DNA of 64,000 nucleotides from Candidatus Microgenomatus sp. (GTDB lineage Bacteria; Patescibacteriota; Microgenomatia; UBA8517): NCBI GenBank assembly GCA_020724585.1, contig DYGS01000001.1, positions 674,535 to 738,534 of the forward strand, read 5' to 3'. Shown piece by piece: positions 29,070 to 38,802 of this stretch (position 1 is its first letter; each line of letters starts with the position of its first letter). The notes under the pieces were generated by a model. It saw only the letters and a program-made list of their open reading frames with translations, ran no database searches and was not told where the DNA came from. The position numbers and the translations under genes were made by a program.

Positions 29070-29910
29070 TATATCATCCAATATTTCTAAAGGATCCACC
29101 CGTGTTTCCACAGGCGTAAACGATATAATGTCAAGACTGGGTAAGGTTCTTCGTTTTGTTTCGAATTAAACCACATGCTCCACTGGTTGTGCGCCTTCCC
29201 GTCAATTCCTTTGAGTTTTAAACTTGCGTTCGTACTCCCCAGGCGGCCCGCTTAACGCGTTAGCTTACGCAGCGGAAAAATAAAATCCCACCGCTAGCAG
29301 GCAAAGTTTACGGCTAAGATTACGCAGGTCTCTAATCTGCTTCACTCCCTTAGCTGTCGTTCCTCAGCGTCAGATGTTTCCCAGCAATCTGCCTACGCCC
29401 TTGACGTTCCTTACGATATCAACGGATTTCACCCCTACACCGTAAGTTCCGATTGCCCCTAAAACCCTCTTAAAGTCTTGCAGTATTACACCCCTTCCCT
29501 CGGTTGAGCCGTGGTCTTTGAAGTATAACTTACAAAACCGCCTACGAAACGCTTTACGCCCAGTAAATCCGGATAACGCTTGCACCCCACGTATCACCGC
29601 AGCTGCTGGCACGTGGTTAGCGGGTGCTTATTCTTCCCGACATCTCTGTCGGGACAAAAGAAGTTTACGACCCAAGGGCCTTCATCCTTCACGCGATGTC
29701 GCGGCGTCAGACTTTCGTCCATTGCGCACGATTCCCGGTTGCTGCCACCCGTAGGTGTGCGGGCCGTGTCTCAGTCCCGCTCTGGGGGGTCATCCTCTCA
29801 AATCCCCTACCCGTCATAGTCTTGGTAGGCCATTACCCTACCAACTAACTGATGGGAAATAGGCTCATCCATCGGCGCGCAGTTAAGCGCTTTCATACAT
29901 GCTCTGCATG

Positions 29911-30000
29911 TAGTACACAGGAATTAGTACAAAGTACAAAGAAAAACAATTTTTGTGTTTCTAAGTACTAAGTACTCTGTACTATGTACTATGTACTATG
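29911..30000. repeat. Family-B repeat insertion in 16S (helix-10-like variable region)
   Basis: 'tagtacacaggaattagtacaaagtacaaagaaaaacaatttttgtgtttctaagtactaagtactctgtactatgtactatgtactatg'. Confidence 0.7.
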
Positions 30001-30106
30001 TGCAAAGCACATATCTCATACGGTATTAACCCATCTTTCGATGAGGTATTCCATACCACTGGGTAGATTCCTATTTTATACTCAGCCGTTCGCAACTAGC
30101 TCGCAC

Positions 30107-30184
30107 ATTGCTCGCAGTACACAGGAATTAGTACAAAGTACAAAGAAAAACAATTTTTGTGTTTCTAAGTACTAAGTACTCTGT
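30107..30184. repeat. Family-B repeat insertion in 16S (helix-6-like variable region). Near-identical to the 29911 copy.
   Basis: The same ~75-nt sequence is present a second time within the 16S 5' domain. Confidence 0.7.
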
Positions 30185-30587
30185 ACTATGTACTTCGTGC
30201 AACGCACGAACTCGTTCTACTTGCATGCCTAAGGCACATCGCTAGCGTTCATCCTGGACCAGGATCAAATCCTCAAATAGTGATTTTAGGAATTTGACGA
30301 TTACCTAAAATCTTTGGAATTGACTTCCTAATCACATCTTGAATCTGTAGTCACGATGACTACAGTATTACTGTCATATACATTTAATTTTCAACGAACA
30401 AAAATCATAGTACGCAGTATTTAGTACACAGAAAAACAAATCAAATATAATAAGTTAAGATCCTCTATATACTAATCACTGGGTGCTAAAAAAATGAAGT
30501 TATCAATCCCGTTTTTGACGGAACGAGTCAACCTTTAAACTTGTAAAAAGTATTATAGCATAGCAAAATTGAAGTGCAATAATGAAA

Positions 30588-31052
30588 CTATTCTAGGTGG
30601 TTTCTTCGCTCTGTTTCCAAATATGCATAGTATTTAGTCATGCCCTCATCGCCGTCCTTTATTTCTTGTTCAAATGTATTTGCATAGTCAATCCTATCTC
30701 TAAACTTCTCTATCATTCCCTCAAGTGTTGCAATTGTGTCATCAACATTCTTTGAAAAATTTAATTTTTGCTCGTTTGCAATAAAAACATCGTCTGCATC
30801 AGTTCCACCAACTTCATTTGCTACAATGATTGGTTCATGTGCCACAAACTTTTCCTCAAATTCTAATAATTCTTCAAATTGCTTTATTTGTGCTCGTTGT
30901 GCCTCTCGATAAAAATCCAAATAGCCTAAAGCTTTTTCTTGCTCAGTCCACTGTTCAAATGGTTTTTCGATTACATCACTCTCCGACATACAAATCATTA
31001 TAAAGATATATATATAATTCAATGGGGAATTTCTAATTATTGTAAATTTCAA
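30588..31052 (-). CDS. Hypothetical acidic protein, third gene of the Phd/PIN operon (start likely an internal ATG near 30989-31001)
   Basis: ORF overlaps the PIN gene end. No recognisable motif. Confidence 0.4.
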   Translation of the reverse strand: MKFTIIRNSPLNYIYIFIMICMSESDVIEKPFEQWTEQEKALGYLDFYREAQRAQIKQFEELLEFEEKFVAHEPIIVANEVGGTDADDVFIANEQKLNFSKNVDDTIATLEGMIEKFRDRIDYANTFEQEIKDGDEGMTKYYAYLETERRNHLE

Positions 31053-31494
31053 AAAATTGTCTTGGGGTTAGAACTTTTTTCGGTTTAATAAATTTATTTA
31101 TTTTTTCTTGTAAAAAATCTTTTTTATCCAAAGTAATTAAATAGTCACAATTTGATTTTTTGACCTCCGCTAAAATCACTGCATCTTTTTTAACTATTAC
31201 CCTATTTGCTTTTAATATTTGTTTAACCGTCGGAATCTCATCAATTATAAATAATTTCTTAACTAACATAAAAAATCTCTCAAGATGATAACTCTGAAGC
31301 TTATTTCTTATATTTCTTTCTACTTCATGCAATACAATCTTTGAGACATACAGTTTGACTTTTGATAATGTAAATAATTTTGCTGATCCACCCACAGGAG
31401 AGTTCACAGCAGTGAACAGTACACTTGAATCTAAAAACAGTTTAACTGTCGCTGATTGAATGTTATCGTCTACAGCTGATCTTCTTGTAGCCAT
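31033..31494 (-). CDS. PIN-domain ribonuclease (VapC-like toxin)
   Basis: 'LFLDSSVLFTAV' with an N-terminal acidic residue, plus 'DAVILAEVKKSNCDYLITLDKKDF', the typical PIN layout. Confidence 0.65.
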   Translation of the reverse strand: MATRRSAVDDNIQSATVKLFLDSSVLFTAVNSPVGGSAKLFTLSKVKLYVSKIVLHEVERNIRNKLQSYHLERFFMLVKKLFIIDEIPTVKQILKANRVIVKKDAVILAEVKKSNCDYLITLDKKDFLQEKINKFIKPKKVLTPRQFFEIYNN

Positions 31495-31757
31495 TGATTA
31501 ATTTCTTCGTTTGAAAAAGATCTAGTGTATTTATCCAGCTTTGGATCTATAAATGTTTTTCTGTATATATTTTTAACAGTATTTTCCAAATTTCTAAGAT
31601 AAGATAAATCAACTAGTGCAACCGGTGGTTTTGTGCCTTTTGTTAAAACAAAGTAATTACTAGAAATAGCCATTTCAGCAAGATTGCCAAGCTTGGTTCT
31701 AGCCTGAGTTATTGGAATGATGTTTGTCGATTGTAAATCCATGATCCAATATATCAT
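31470..31757 (-). CDS. Phd/YefM-family antitoxin
   Basis: 'IPITQARTKLGNLAEM' N-terminal Phd/YefM signature. Overlaps the PIN gene by 25 nt. Confidence 0.6.
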   Translation of the reverse strand: MIYWIMDLQSTNIIPITQARTKLGNLAEMAISSNYFVLTKGTKPPVALVDLSYLRNLENTVKNIYRKTFIDPKLDKYTRSFSNEEINQWLQEDQL

Positions 31758-31772
31758 CTATACCATATACTG

Positions 31773-32825
31773 TCAAGTATTGTGTACATTTTTAGGTACA
31801 TTGATAATTATATTTGCTGCGCTCAAATATAAAAAGGGTAGTAGAAGTATAAAATATCTTGTAAATGGGATTTGGAATATCATAACAAGAAGATAGGCAA
31901 TAGGCACTAGGCAATAGAAAAATTTTAATGACATAAACTTCTCATTCAATAAAACAAAGATATTTGCAAAAAATAAAATGGGCCAAAGATAATATCCGCC
32001 AAAAAACATTTTTGTCACACCGCCCACTATACTTGCTTGATTATGGTCTAACATGAATTTAACTATTTTTGCTTGGAGAAAAATAAATTCTATTGGATTA
32101 ATTTTAAGAAAGTAAGTCAAATAAAAAACTATTAAAGATATTGTAATTACTTTTATTTCCTTTTTTATGTCTAGTTCTTTATTTATTAATTTATGTATGT
32201 AGTACAAAAATAAAAATATAAATATCGGACTGTAAAATTTTGATGCAAACAAAAGTCCCAACAATATACCTTGCAGGGTGTAACCCTTAACGGTAGTGGA
32301 AATTATAAAGGCCAACAACAAAACAATTTGACCTAAATCCAGCAATGCATATGTTGTAACTTCTTTAAAAACAGGATCAATTAATAAGAGTGTCGAAGCT
32401 AAAAATCCAACCAGATCGTCTTTAAAAATCAGTTTTCCTAGAAAATAAGCCTCAAACAATAAAATCAAGCCCAGAAAAACATTTGGTAATAATGGGATAT
32501 CAAAATATTTTACCGAAATCCCATATAAATATTTAATAAATGGTGGATGCTGGAAATTATAATCCACTGGCTCTGCTCCGTTTACATATAAATGCCCAGA
32601 AGCGATATAGATTTCTTCATCAGATATAATAATTCTATCCTTTATTTTATTCTCTCTGTCTTCTATATCCTGAGATCTTAAATATCTTTCTATAATTTGC
32701 GGATCAAATTTTTGAAATAATTTTTGGCTATTAAAAACAACAAAAAGTGAGTATAAACAAACTAATAAAATTAAATATAATTTATTTCGATTTTTGTTTT
32801 TTAATTTTTGATTTAACGAGTTCAT
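31773..32825 (-). CDS. Polytopic membrane protein, possible lipid-linked glycosyltransferase (GT39/PMT/ArnT-like)
   Basis: Loop 'IIISDEEIYIASGHLYVNGAEPVDYNFQHPPFIKYLYG' followed by multiple TM helices. Contains an in-frame family-C repeat. Confidence 0.4.
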   Translation of the reverse strand: MNSLNQKLKNKNRNKLYLILLVCLYSLFVVFNSQKLFQKFDPQIIERYLRSQDIEDRENKIKDRIIISDEEIYIASGHLYVNGAEPVDYNFQHPPFIKYLYGISVKYFDIPLLPNVFLGLILLFEAYFLGKLIFKDDLVGFLASTLLLIDPVFKEVTTYALLDLGQIVLLLAFIISTTVKGYTLQGILLGLLFASKFYSPIFIFLFLYYIHKLINKELDIKKEIKVITISLIVFYLTYFLKINPIEFIFLQAKIVKFMLDHNQASIVGGVTKMFFGGYYLWPILFFANIFVLLNEKFMSLKFFYCLVPIAYLLVMIFQIPFTRYFILLLPFLYLSAANIIINVPKNVHNT

Positions 32826-33444
32826 AAACTATTGGAGAAACTGATAATAAAATTATTGCGATTACCACCAAAGAAAAGTTTTCTTTAACAAATGGAATAT
32901 TTCCAAAGAAATAGCCTAAAAGTGTAAAGCCAAAAACCCAGACGAAACCCCCTGTAATATTATATTCAATGAATTTTTTATACTCCATTTTTCCCACTCC
33001 AGCTACAAACGGGGCAAAAGTTCTAACAATAGGAACAAACCTTGCAAGAAAAATGGTCTTTCCACCATGTTTCTTGTAAAATTCTTGTGTTTCATCTATA
33101 TGTTTTTGATTGATAAAAGGAATTTTGGGATTGTCTATTATTTTTTGGCCAAAAAAATGCCCTATCCAATAATTGACTGTATCTCCTAAAACCGCTGCAA
33201 GCCAAAGTAAAAATAAAAGTAAAAATACATCAAAAGAACCCAATGCGGCAAAAGCCCCCGCCGCAAAAAGAAGTGAATCTCCAGGTAGAAAAGGGGCAAA
33301 TACCAGCCCAGTTTCTGCAAAAATGATCAAAAAAAGTATGGCATACGACAGTGTACCGTAATCTCTTATTATCTCTCCCAAATATTTATCTATATGTAAA
33401 ACAAATTCAAAAATTCCTATTATTAAATCCATAGAGATATCCAT
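32782..33444 (-). CDS. DedA/VTT-family membrane protein
   Basis: 'FAPFLPGDSLLFAAGAFAALG' DedA signature. Confidence 0.75.
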   Translation of the reverse strand: MDISMDLIIGIFEFVLHIDKYLGEIIRDYGTLSYAILFLIIFAETGLVFAPFLPGDSLLFAAGAFAALGSFDVFLLLFLLWLAAVLGDTVNYWIGHFFGQKIIDNPKIPFINQKHIDETQEFYKKHGGKTIFLARFVPIVRTFAPFVAGVGKMEYKKFIEYNITGGFVWVFGFTLLGYFFGNIPFVKENFSLVVIAIILLSVSPIVYELVKSKIKKQKSK

Positions 33445-33521
33445 TCTAATTGTTTTTACCTCTTAAAAACAAGTCTATCTTTTTAGATAGGCAACAACAC
33501 AATTACATCACCATTTCTTAA

Positions 33522-34067
33522 TTACTCCTGTGGAACCTGATATCCTTGAGGTTTTTGGTTCTTCAAATCTTCTAAAAATTTATTCATATCTTTAAAAGAA
33601 ACATCCTTTGGAACCTCAAAATAGGAGTCGGCTACAGTTGCCACTACACATGAATTTTTATATTCCTCAATCATTGCCAAATAATCTTTGCCTGAAAAGT
33701 CACCGATGTTTGAATTTTCAGTTGTCTCACCGCTATTTTCGGGAGTATCATAGACAAAACCTTGTTTGGTCTTTGTGTCCCAAATATACATCTTCTCACC
33801 TGCTAGAATCATCTCCCCCGATTGATTTCCATTAGCGCTTAAAGTTGTTACCCTAACCGCGCCATTTTTAATAAAAGACGAAACCTTCATACCTTCAGAA
33901 TTATTAAACTCACAAGACAATGTTAAATTTTTTGAAAGAGCATCTTTGATGGAATCAAATAAAACAGCGCTTTCTTTACCCGATTTAAATTTTAAATAAG
34001 AAATTCCTCCGGCGATTAATAGAAGTAAAACAAAAAGTAAAATTAAAAAACCTTTTTTAGGCTTCAT
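33522..34067 (-). CDS. Hypothetical secreted/membrane-anchored protein (181 aa)
   Basis: N-terminal signal anchor 'LILLFVLLLLIAGGISYL'. Confidence 0.5.
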   Translation of the reverse strand: MKPKKGFLILLFVLLLLIAGGISYLKFKSGKESAVLFDSIKDALSKNLTLSCEFNNSEGMKVSSFIKNGAVRVTTLSANGNQSGEMILAGEKMYIWDTKTKQGFVYDTPENSGETTENSNIGDFSGKDYLAMIEEYKNSCVVATVADSYFEVPKDVSFKDMNKFLEDLKNQKPQGYQVPQE

Positions 34068-34214
34068 TTTGGTAATAGTATCAAAGTTATAAGTTGTTGT
34101 CTATATTAACAGTGATGTATAATACACAAGTTTAGCTACGCTTTAATTTGCGTTGCTCGCGGGCCCATAAGAACCTGCTTTGCAGAACCTTGTGTGCCCA
34201 CTCGCGTTGCTCGC

Positions 34215-34286
34215 GGGCCCATAACTCAGCGGTAGAGTGGCTCCCTTTTAAGGAGTAAGTCGAAGGTTCGAATCCTTCTGGGCTCA
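34215..34286 (+). tRNA. tRNA-Lys (anticodon UUU)
   Basis: GGGCCCA...anticodon loop CUUUUAA...T-arm GAAGGTTCGAATCCTTC...TGGGCTC-A. Confidence 0.8.
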
Positions 34287-34415
34287 CAAAACATTTTTGC
34301 TCTATTACATTTTTGGCGCCGCAATTTGTACTAGCAAATATTGCTGCCAAATGAAACTTGGCGCTATCGTCTATAATTTGCGAAGCAAAGGGTTATATGA
34401 TAGCAAGAATGAAAT

Positions 34416-34487
34416 GGCGCTATCGTCTATCGGTTAGGACATCGGGCTTTCATCCCGAAAGGCAGGGTTCGATTCCCTGTAGCGTCA
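34416..34487 (+). tRNA. tRNA-Glu (anticodon UUC)
   Basis: GGCGCTA...anticodon loop CUUUCAU...T-arm CAGGGTTCGATTCCCTG...TAGCGTC-A. Confidence 0.8.
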
Positions 34488-34507
34488 CAAAAACCCTTCA
34501 TGATTAT

Positions 34508-34578
34508 TGCGGGATCGTCTAATAGCAGGACATGGCCCTTTGGAGGCTAGTATCGGGGTGCAAATCCCTGTCCCGCAG
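34508..34578 (+). tRNA. tRNA-Gln (anticodon UUG), U1:A72, G73
   Basis: TGCGGGA...anticodon loop CUUUGGA...T-arm CGGGGTGCAAATCCCTG...TCCCGCA-G. Confidence 0.65.
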
Positions 34579-34598
34579 CAAACTATAAGATATAGTAA

Positions 34599-34853
34599 TT
34601 AATCTTCTTTTAGTTTTCTTTTCTTTTTGTCTTCTATTGCCTGTTTTCTTAACTCTTCCCTTTTTTCTTGTTCTTTTTTAATAAATTTTCTTTTTGTTTC
34701 TTCTTGTTCCAAAGTTTTATTTACCTGCTTTTGGCATTCAGGGTCGCTACATTCTGTAATAGTATATGTAACGGTTGAAGTCTCTATCTTTTCTTCATAT
34801 GTATCAATTATTATTCTAGGCTTTCCACACCTTGTGCAATTGCTGGTAGACAT
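34599..34853 (-). CDS. Small zinc-ribbon-like protein with Lys/Glu-rich tail
   Basis: 'CTRCGKP...CSDPEC' Cys pairs. Confidence 0.4.
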   Translation of the reverse strand: MSTSNCTRCGKPRIIIDTYEEKIETSTVTYTITECSDPECQKQVNKTLEQEETKRKFIKKEQEKREELRKQAIEDKKKRKLKED

Positions 34854-34999
34854 AGGCTATCATATCACAAAAACCCAAATATCCTAATTATTTGATAAAC
34901 TTCCGCGACATAAGTCGTGGATTTTGGCTCCTTCCAAGTCATTTTTTCACAATCTTTTAGCTTGTGACTTTTTGATTGGAAGTAGTAAAATAATCACAA

Positions 35000-35533
35000 A
35001 TGACTAAAAAACTTAATTCCAAACAACTTAGAAAAACAAAGCCAGTCGGTGATGAGGAAAAAGAAATAAAAAGAAATCCAATTTATTTTGTTTTAGATAA
35101 TGTCTTAGATACATATAATATTGGTTCTATCTTTAGACTTGCAGATGCTGTATCAGCCGAAAAAATTTATATCTGCGGCGATTCAGAATATCCGCCGTCA
35201 TCAAGGATTCATAAAGCCGCAGTCGGTACAGAAGAATGGGTTGCATGGGAACATCACGATTCAACCGTTAAACTTGTCAAAAAACTTAAAGCAAATGGGG
35301 TTTTTGTTGTTGCTGTCGAGCAAAGCCCTAAATCTATTGACTATTCCCTATTGCCTAGTGCCTTGAAACTTCCAGTTGCATTAGTTGTTGGCCATGAAAC
35401 AAATGGTGTATCAAAAGAGATTTTAGAAAGAAGCGATTTAATTGTTGAAATTCCAATGTTTGGAGTTAATAAATCACTAAATGTCTGGGGGAGTTTGGCA
35501 ATAGTCACCTACAAAATTATTGAAAGTCTTTAA
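35000..35533 (+). CDS. SpoU/TrmH-family RNA 2'-O-methyltransferase
   Basis: 'YNIGSIFRLADA', 'VVGHETNGVS', 'LNVWGSLAIVTYK' SPOUT motifs. Confidence 0.8.
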   Translation: MTKKLNSKQLRKTKPVGDEEKEIKRNPIYFVLDNVLDTYNIGSIFRLADAVSAEKIYICGDSEYPPSSRIHKAAVGTEEWVAWEHHDSTVKLVKKLKANGVFVVAVEQSPKSIDYSLLPSALKLPVALVVGHETNGVSKEILERSDLIVEIPMFGVNKSLNVWGSLAIVTYKIIESL

Positions 35534-36332
35534 ACAGTTTCTCTACTCCATTTTCAATAATATAGGCTTTAACATCAATATATTTTCCAAGTCCTGATGG
35601 ACCAAGTTTTTCTTCTACAAAATCATCTATTTGAAATATTCCTGCGGGATTTGTCATAACAATTTTAATGTCTACAATCTTATCTTTACCTTCATTTATC
35701 AAAACACTCTTTATTGCATGATTGGAGACATTTTCAATGTCTACTAAATGGGAGATTCTTGCTCTGCCTTTAGTCATATCAAGAGCGTCTGCAACTCTAA
35801 CAACTCCGCCTTCAATCGTTGATGTTTTTCCACTACTGCCGTGACTGTGAGAAATTATTGCATGAAGAGTTTCTGAAATCACCACCATTTTTTCTTCAAT
35901 TGCCATGAAATCCAAAATTTTATTTAAGAAATCTCGCGCCAGAAATAAACTGAACTGTTCATGGTTAACTCTATGGATACTCATACCCAAATCGTGCATT
36001 ATCGAAGCTAAAAAAACAACCACTTCAGAATGTTTGTACGATAGGCCAAAGTCTTTAACAATAGATGCGGTCACACCCTTTTTGTTTAATATTCTTAAAA
36101 TATGTAGGGCGTGATTGGCAACGATTTGAAAATGTTTAGGGCCATGATCCGAATAACCTAGCCTATCGGTGGCATTAACATTAATTACTTTCCAAAGAGT
36201 TTTTAATCCTCTGTCCTCGTTAACTGCATTTAGTACTTTTTCCAATAGCTCATTGCCGTTTATGTCAACCAACAACCTAATTTGTGAAATCCTAAATTCA
36301 TCAATTTTCATACCTTTTCTACTGAAGACCAT
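35517..36332 (-). CDS. HD-domain phosphohydrolase
   Basis: 'HSEVVVFLASIMHDLG' H...HD motif. Confidence 0.65.
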   Translation of the reverse strand: MVFSRKGMKIDEFRISQIRLLVDINGNELLEKVLNAVNEDRGLKTLWKVINVNATDRLGYSDHGPKHFQIVANHALHILRILNKKGVTASIVKDFGLSYKHSEVVVFLASIMHDLGMSIHRVNHEQFSLFLARDFLNKILDFMAIEEKMVVISETLHAIISHSHGSSGKTSTIEGGVVRVADALDMTKGRARISHLVDIENVSNHAIKSVLINEGKDKIVDIKIVMTNPAGIFQIDDFVEEKLGPSGLGKYIDVKAYIIENGVEKLFKDFQ

Positions 36333-36336
36333 AAAA

Positions 36337-37158
36337 TTACTTAAGAAGTGAATCGACAGTGGGCTTTATATCGCTAAAACTGTACGCTCCTGCAAAATTA
36401 GTTTCATTTACAAAAAACCCTGGCGTTCCAGAAACACCAAGCTCAAGACCCAAGTTCATTTCCTCCTGAAGCCTCCCGTCATATTTTCCACTTTCTAGAC
36501 ATGATTTTAAGTTCTTAACTCCAGCAGGCTTCAAAAACTCAACCACTTTATCTATATTTGTCTTGTCATTTTTGGCAACATTATTAACAAAATCATATCC
36601 CTCATTCGTCATAAGCAAATCGTGAGCTTCCCAAAACTTACCCTCATCATAAGCACAGTACATAGCCTTCATTGAAAGTTCACCATTTCCATGTCCATTA
36701 AAATAAAGAAGTGCCAAAGACGCCTTACCTTCTTCAACCAATTTCCTCATCTCCTCAAGAGGTGGAACATATGAACCGCCATCTTTGGCTAGAGTAAACT
36801 GACTGCCCACCTGTTTGTTTAATTCTGGATTCAATCCTCCTGCAATATGACAATATGGACAAGATGGATCTGTAAACTCAACGAACAAAACCCTTGAATC
36901 CTTGTCTCCAAATTTAACCACATCTTTATCAAAAATCGCCTTAATCTGATCAATGTTAACTGTAGGTTTTTGGGCCTGTCTCCCAGCAGTAGTAGTTGTC
37001 TCTGTATTTGTCTTCCCTCCCCCACCTAAGTTTTCAACTTTTTGCCACAAGATACCAACCATAAACGCAAGACCAATAGTTACAACAAAAAGCGCAGGGG
37101 CTAATCTCTCAAAAATACCTGGTTTTGTTTTCTCCAAAGTCACTTTCCCCTTTGCCAT
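36337..37158 (-). CDS. DsbA-like thiol:disulfide oxidoreductase (membrane-anchored)
   Basis: 'FTDPSCPYCH' CxxC in a thioredoxin fold. N-terminal TM helix. Confidence 0.75.
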   Translation of the reverse strand: MAKGKVTLEKTKPGIFERLAPALFVVTIGLAFMVGILWQKVENLGGGGKTNTETTTTAGRQAQKPTVNIDQIKAIFDKDVVKFGDKDSRVLFVEFTDPSCPYCHIAGGLNPELNKQVGSQFTLAKDGGSYVPPLEEMRKLVEEGKASLALLYFNGHGNGELSMKAMYCAYDEGKFWEAHDLLMTNEGYDFVNNVAKNDKTNIDKVVEFLKPAGVKNLKSCLESGKYDGRLQEEMNLGLELGVSGTPGFFVNETNFAGAYSFSDIKPTVDSLLK

Positions 37159-37162
37159 GCAG

Positions 37163-38137
37163 TTATACTACAGGTTTACTGCTTTTGTTGTCAACAAGAT
37201 AATTAAGAGCGTCCATGGCGGCCATACAGCCATAACCTGCAGCTGTAATTGCCTGTTTGTAAGTGTGATCATGCACATCACCTGAAACAAAAACCCCCTC
37301 AATGTTTGTCATTGTTGAGTACTTAGTACTTAGTACTTTGTACTTTGTACTTGGGATGATGTATCCCTTCTCATCCATATTTAAAATATCTTTAAAAATT
37401 TGAGTTGATGGGTTGTGCCCTATTGCAACAAACATGCCATCAGTTTTAATTTCAGTTTCTTGATTTGTTTTGTTGTTTTTAATTATAACTTTCTCAAGTT
37501 TCTGCTCTCCAACTATCTTTACAACTTCACTGTCCCAAATAACAGAAATTTTTGGACTATTTAAAACTTTATTCTGCATTATTTTACTTGCTCTAAACTC
37601 TGATCTTCTGTGAATAATGGTAACTTTGGTTGCGTATTTGGTTAATACCAAGGCCTCCTCCATGGCCGAATCGCCGCCGCCAATCACAACCACTTCTTTT
37701 TCTTTAAAAAATGGTGCATCACACGGAGCGCAAGACGAAATACCACGGCCAATCAACTCTTTTTCACCAGAAACTCCAAGCCATTTGGTTTCTGCTCCTG
37801 TTGCAACAATTACAGTGTGTGCTTCAACTGTTGTCCCATCTGTTGTAGTCAATTTAAATGGATGCGATGAAAAATCTACACTTGTAACATTTTGAGGGAC
37901 AAATTCGGCTCCAAATCTAACAGCTTGGGCTTTCATTTTTTCCATTAAACTAGGTCCCATTACCCCATCAGGAAAACCTGGAAAATTGTCAACCTGTGTG
38001 GTTAACATAAGCTGCCCTCCCCAAGACTCTCCCGCTAAGATAACAGTTGAAGCGGCACCCCTTGTTGTATAAATAGCGGCAGTTAGGCCAGCAGGACCCG
38101 ACCCAATAACTGCCACATCATATATTTTACCGTTCAT
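37163..38137 (-). CDS. trxB: Thioredoxin-disulfide reductase
   Basis: 'VIGSGPAGLTAAIY' FAD motif, redox-active 'CAPCD', NADPH motif 'VVVIGGGDSAMEEA'. Contains the in-frame repeat-encoded insertion 'STKYKVLSTKYST'. Confidence 0.9.
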   Translation of the reverse strand: MNGKIYDVAVIGSGPAGLTAAIYTTRGAASTVILAGESWGGQLMLTTQVDNFPGFPDGVMGPSLMEKMKAQAVRFGAEFVPQNVTSVDFSSHPFKLTTTDGTTVEAHTVIVATGAETKWLGVSGEKELIGRGISSCAPCDAPFFKEKEVVVIGGGDSAMEEALVLTKYATKVTIIHRRSEFRASKIMQNKVLNSPKISVIWDSEVVKIVGEQKLEKVIIKNNKTNQETEIKTDGMFVAIGHNPSTQIFKDILNMDEKGYIIPSTKYKVLSTKYSTMTNIEGVFVSGDVHDHTYKQAITAAGYGCMAAMDALNYLVDNKSSKPVV

Positions 38138-38143
38138 AAAAAA

Positions 38144-38410
38144 TTAAGCAGGTTGCTGAACTGTTGTTGTATTTGTTGCAGTCGGTTGATCTCCTACCGC
38201 AGGAGCAGTCTCAGCAGACGGCATTGTTTCAGCTGTTGTGGTTTCAACTGTTGGTTCTGCAACTACTGCTGGACCTGGCATACTTGCTGAGTCAACTGGT
38301 TGGTTTGCAACAGATGCTCCAGTGACTGGTACGACCGGTGTATCAGCTGATACTTGCGGTGCATTTTGCTGTCCTGGCTGTACTGGTTGTGCTTGACTAT
38401 TATTATCCAT
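38144..38410 (-). CDS. Low-complexity Pro/Thr/Gln-rich small protein
   Basis: ORF between trxA and trxB. Compositionally biased, so it may be spurious. Confidence 0.3.
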   Translation of the reverse strand: MDNNSQAQPVQPGQQNAPQVSADTPVVPVTGASVANQPVDSASMPGPAVVAEPTVETTTAETMPSAETAPAVGDQPTATNTTTVQQPA

Positions 38411-38741
38411 TTAAATCACCTCCAATTCCCTTTTTGATTAAATTTTCAAAAGCTTGTTTTCCTCCAAAACCAATTTGCCTCCCTACTTCCGTCCCACCTT
38501 TAAAAAGAATGGTTGTAGGAATCGACATTACACCATATTTTTGGGCTGATGTGGGATTTTCGTCAACATTAATCTTTAAAATCAAGAGTTTATCTTTATA
38601 AGTATCGCTTAATTCCGCCAAAACTGGTTCTGCAAGTTTGCAGGGCCCGCACCAATCGGCATAAAAATCAACCAAAACGGGAAGATTGTTTTTCAAAACA
38701 TCTTGATCAAAACCAGAATCAGTAGTATTTACAACTGCCAT
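38403..38741 (-). CDS. trxA: Thioredoxin
   Basis: 'WCGPCK' active site. Confidence 0.9.
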   Translation of the reverse strand: MAVVNTTDSGFDQDVLKNNLPVLVDFYADWCGPCKLAEPVLAELSDTYKDKLLILKINVDENPTSAQKYGVMSIPTTILFKGGTEVGRQIGFGGKQAFENLIKKGIGGDLNG

Positions 38742-38802
38742 AAATTAGCAAGTATCAATATACAAGCAATTTAGTTGACAAGTCAACCGTCAAACACCTA
38801 CA

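Noticed and set aside
30520-30560. TTGACT and TATAAT hexamers upstream of the 16S 5' end as the rRNA promoter
   Set aside because: On the rRNA (minus) strand the two hexamers occur in the wrong order (-10-like before -35-like), so no promoter call was made.
34141-34215. Upstream duplicated segment of tRNA-Lys as a second tRNA gene
   Set aside because: The sequence between the repeats cannot be folded into D, anticodon and T arms. Kept only as a repeat observation.
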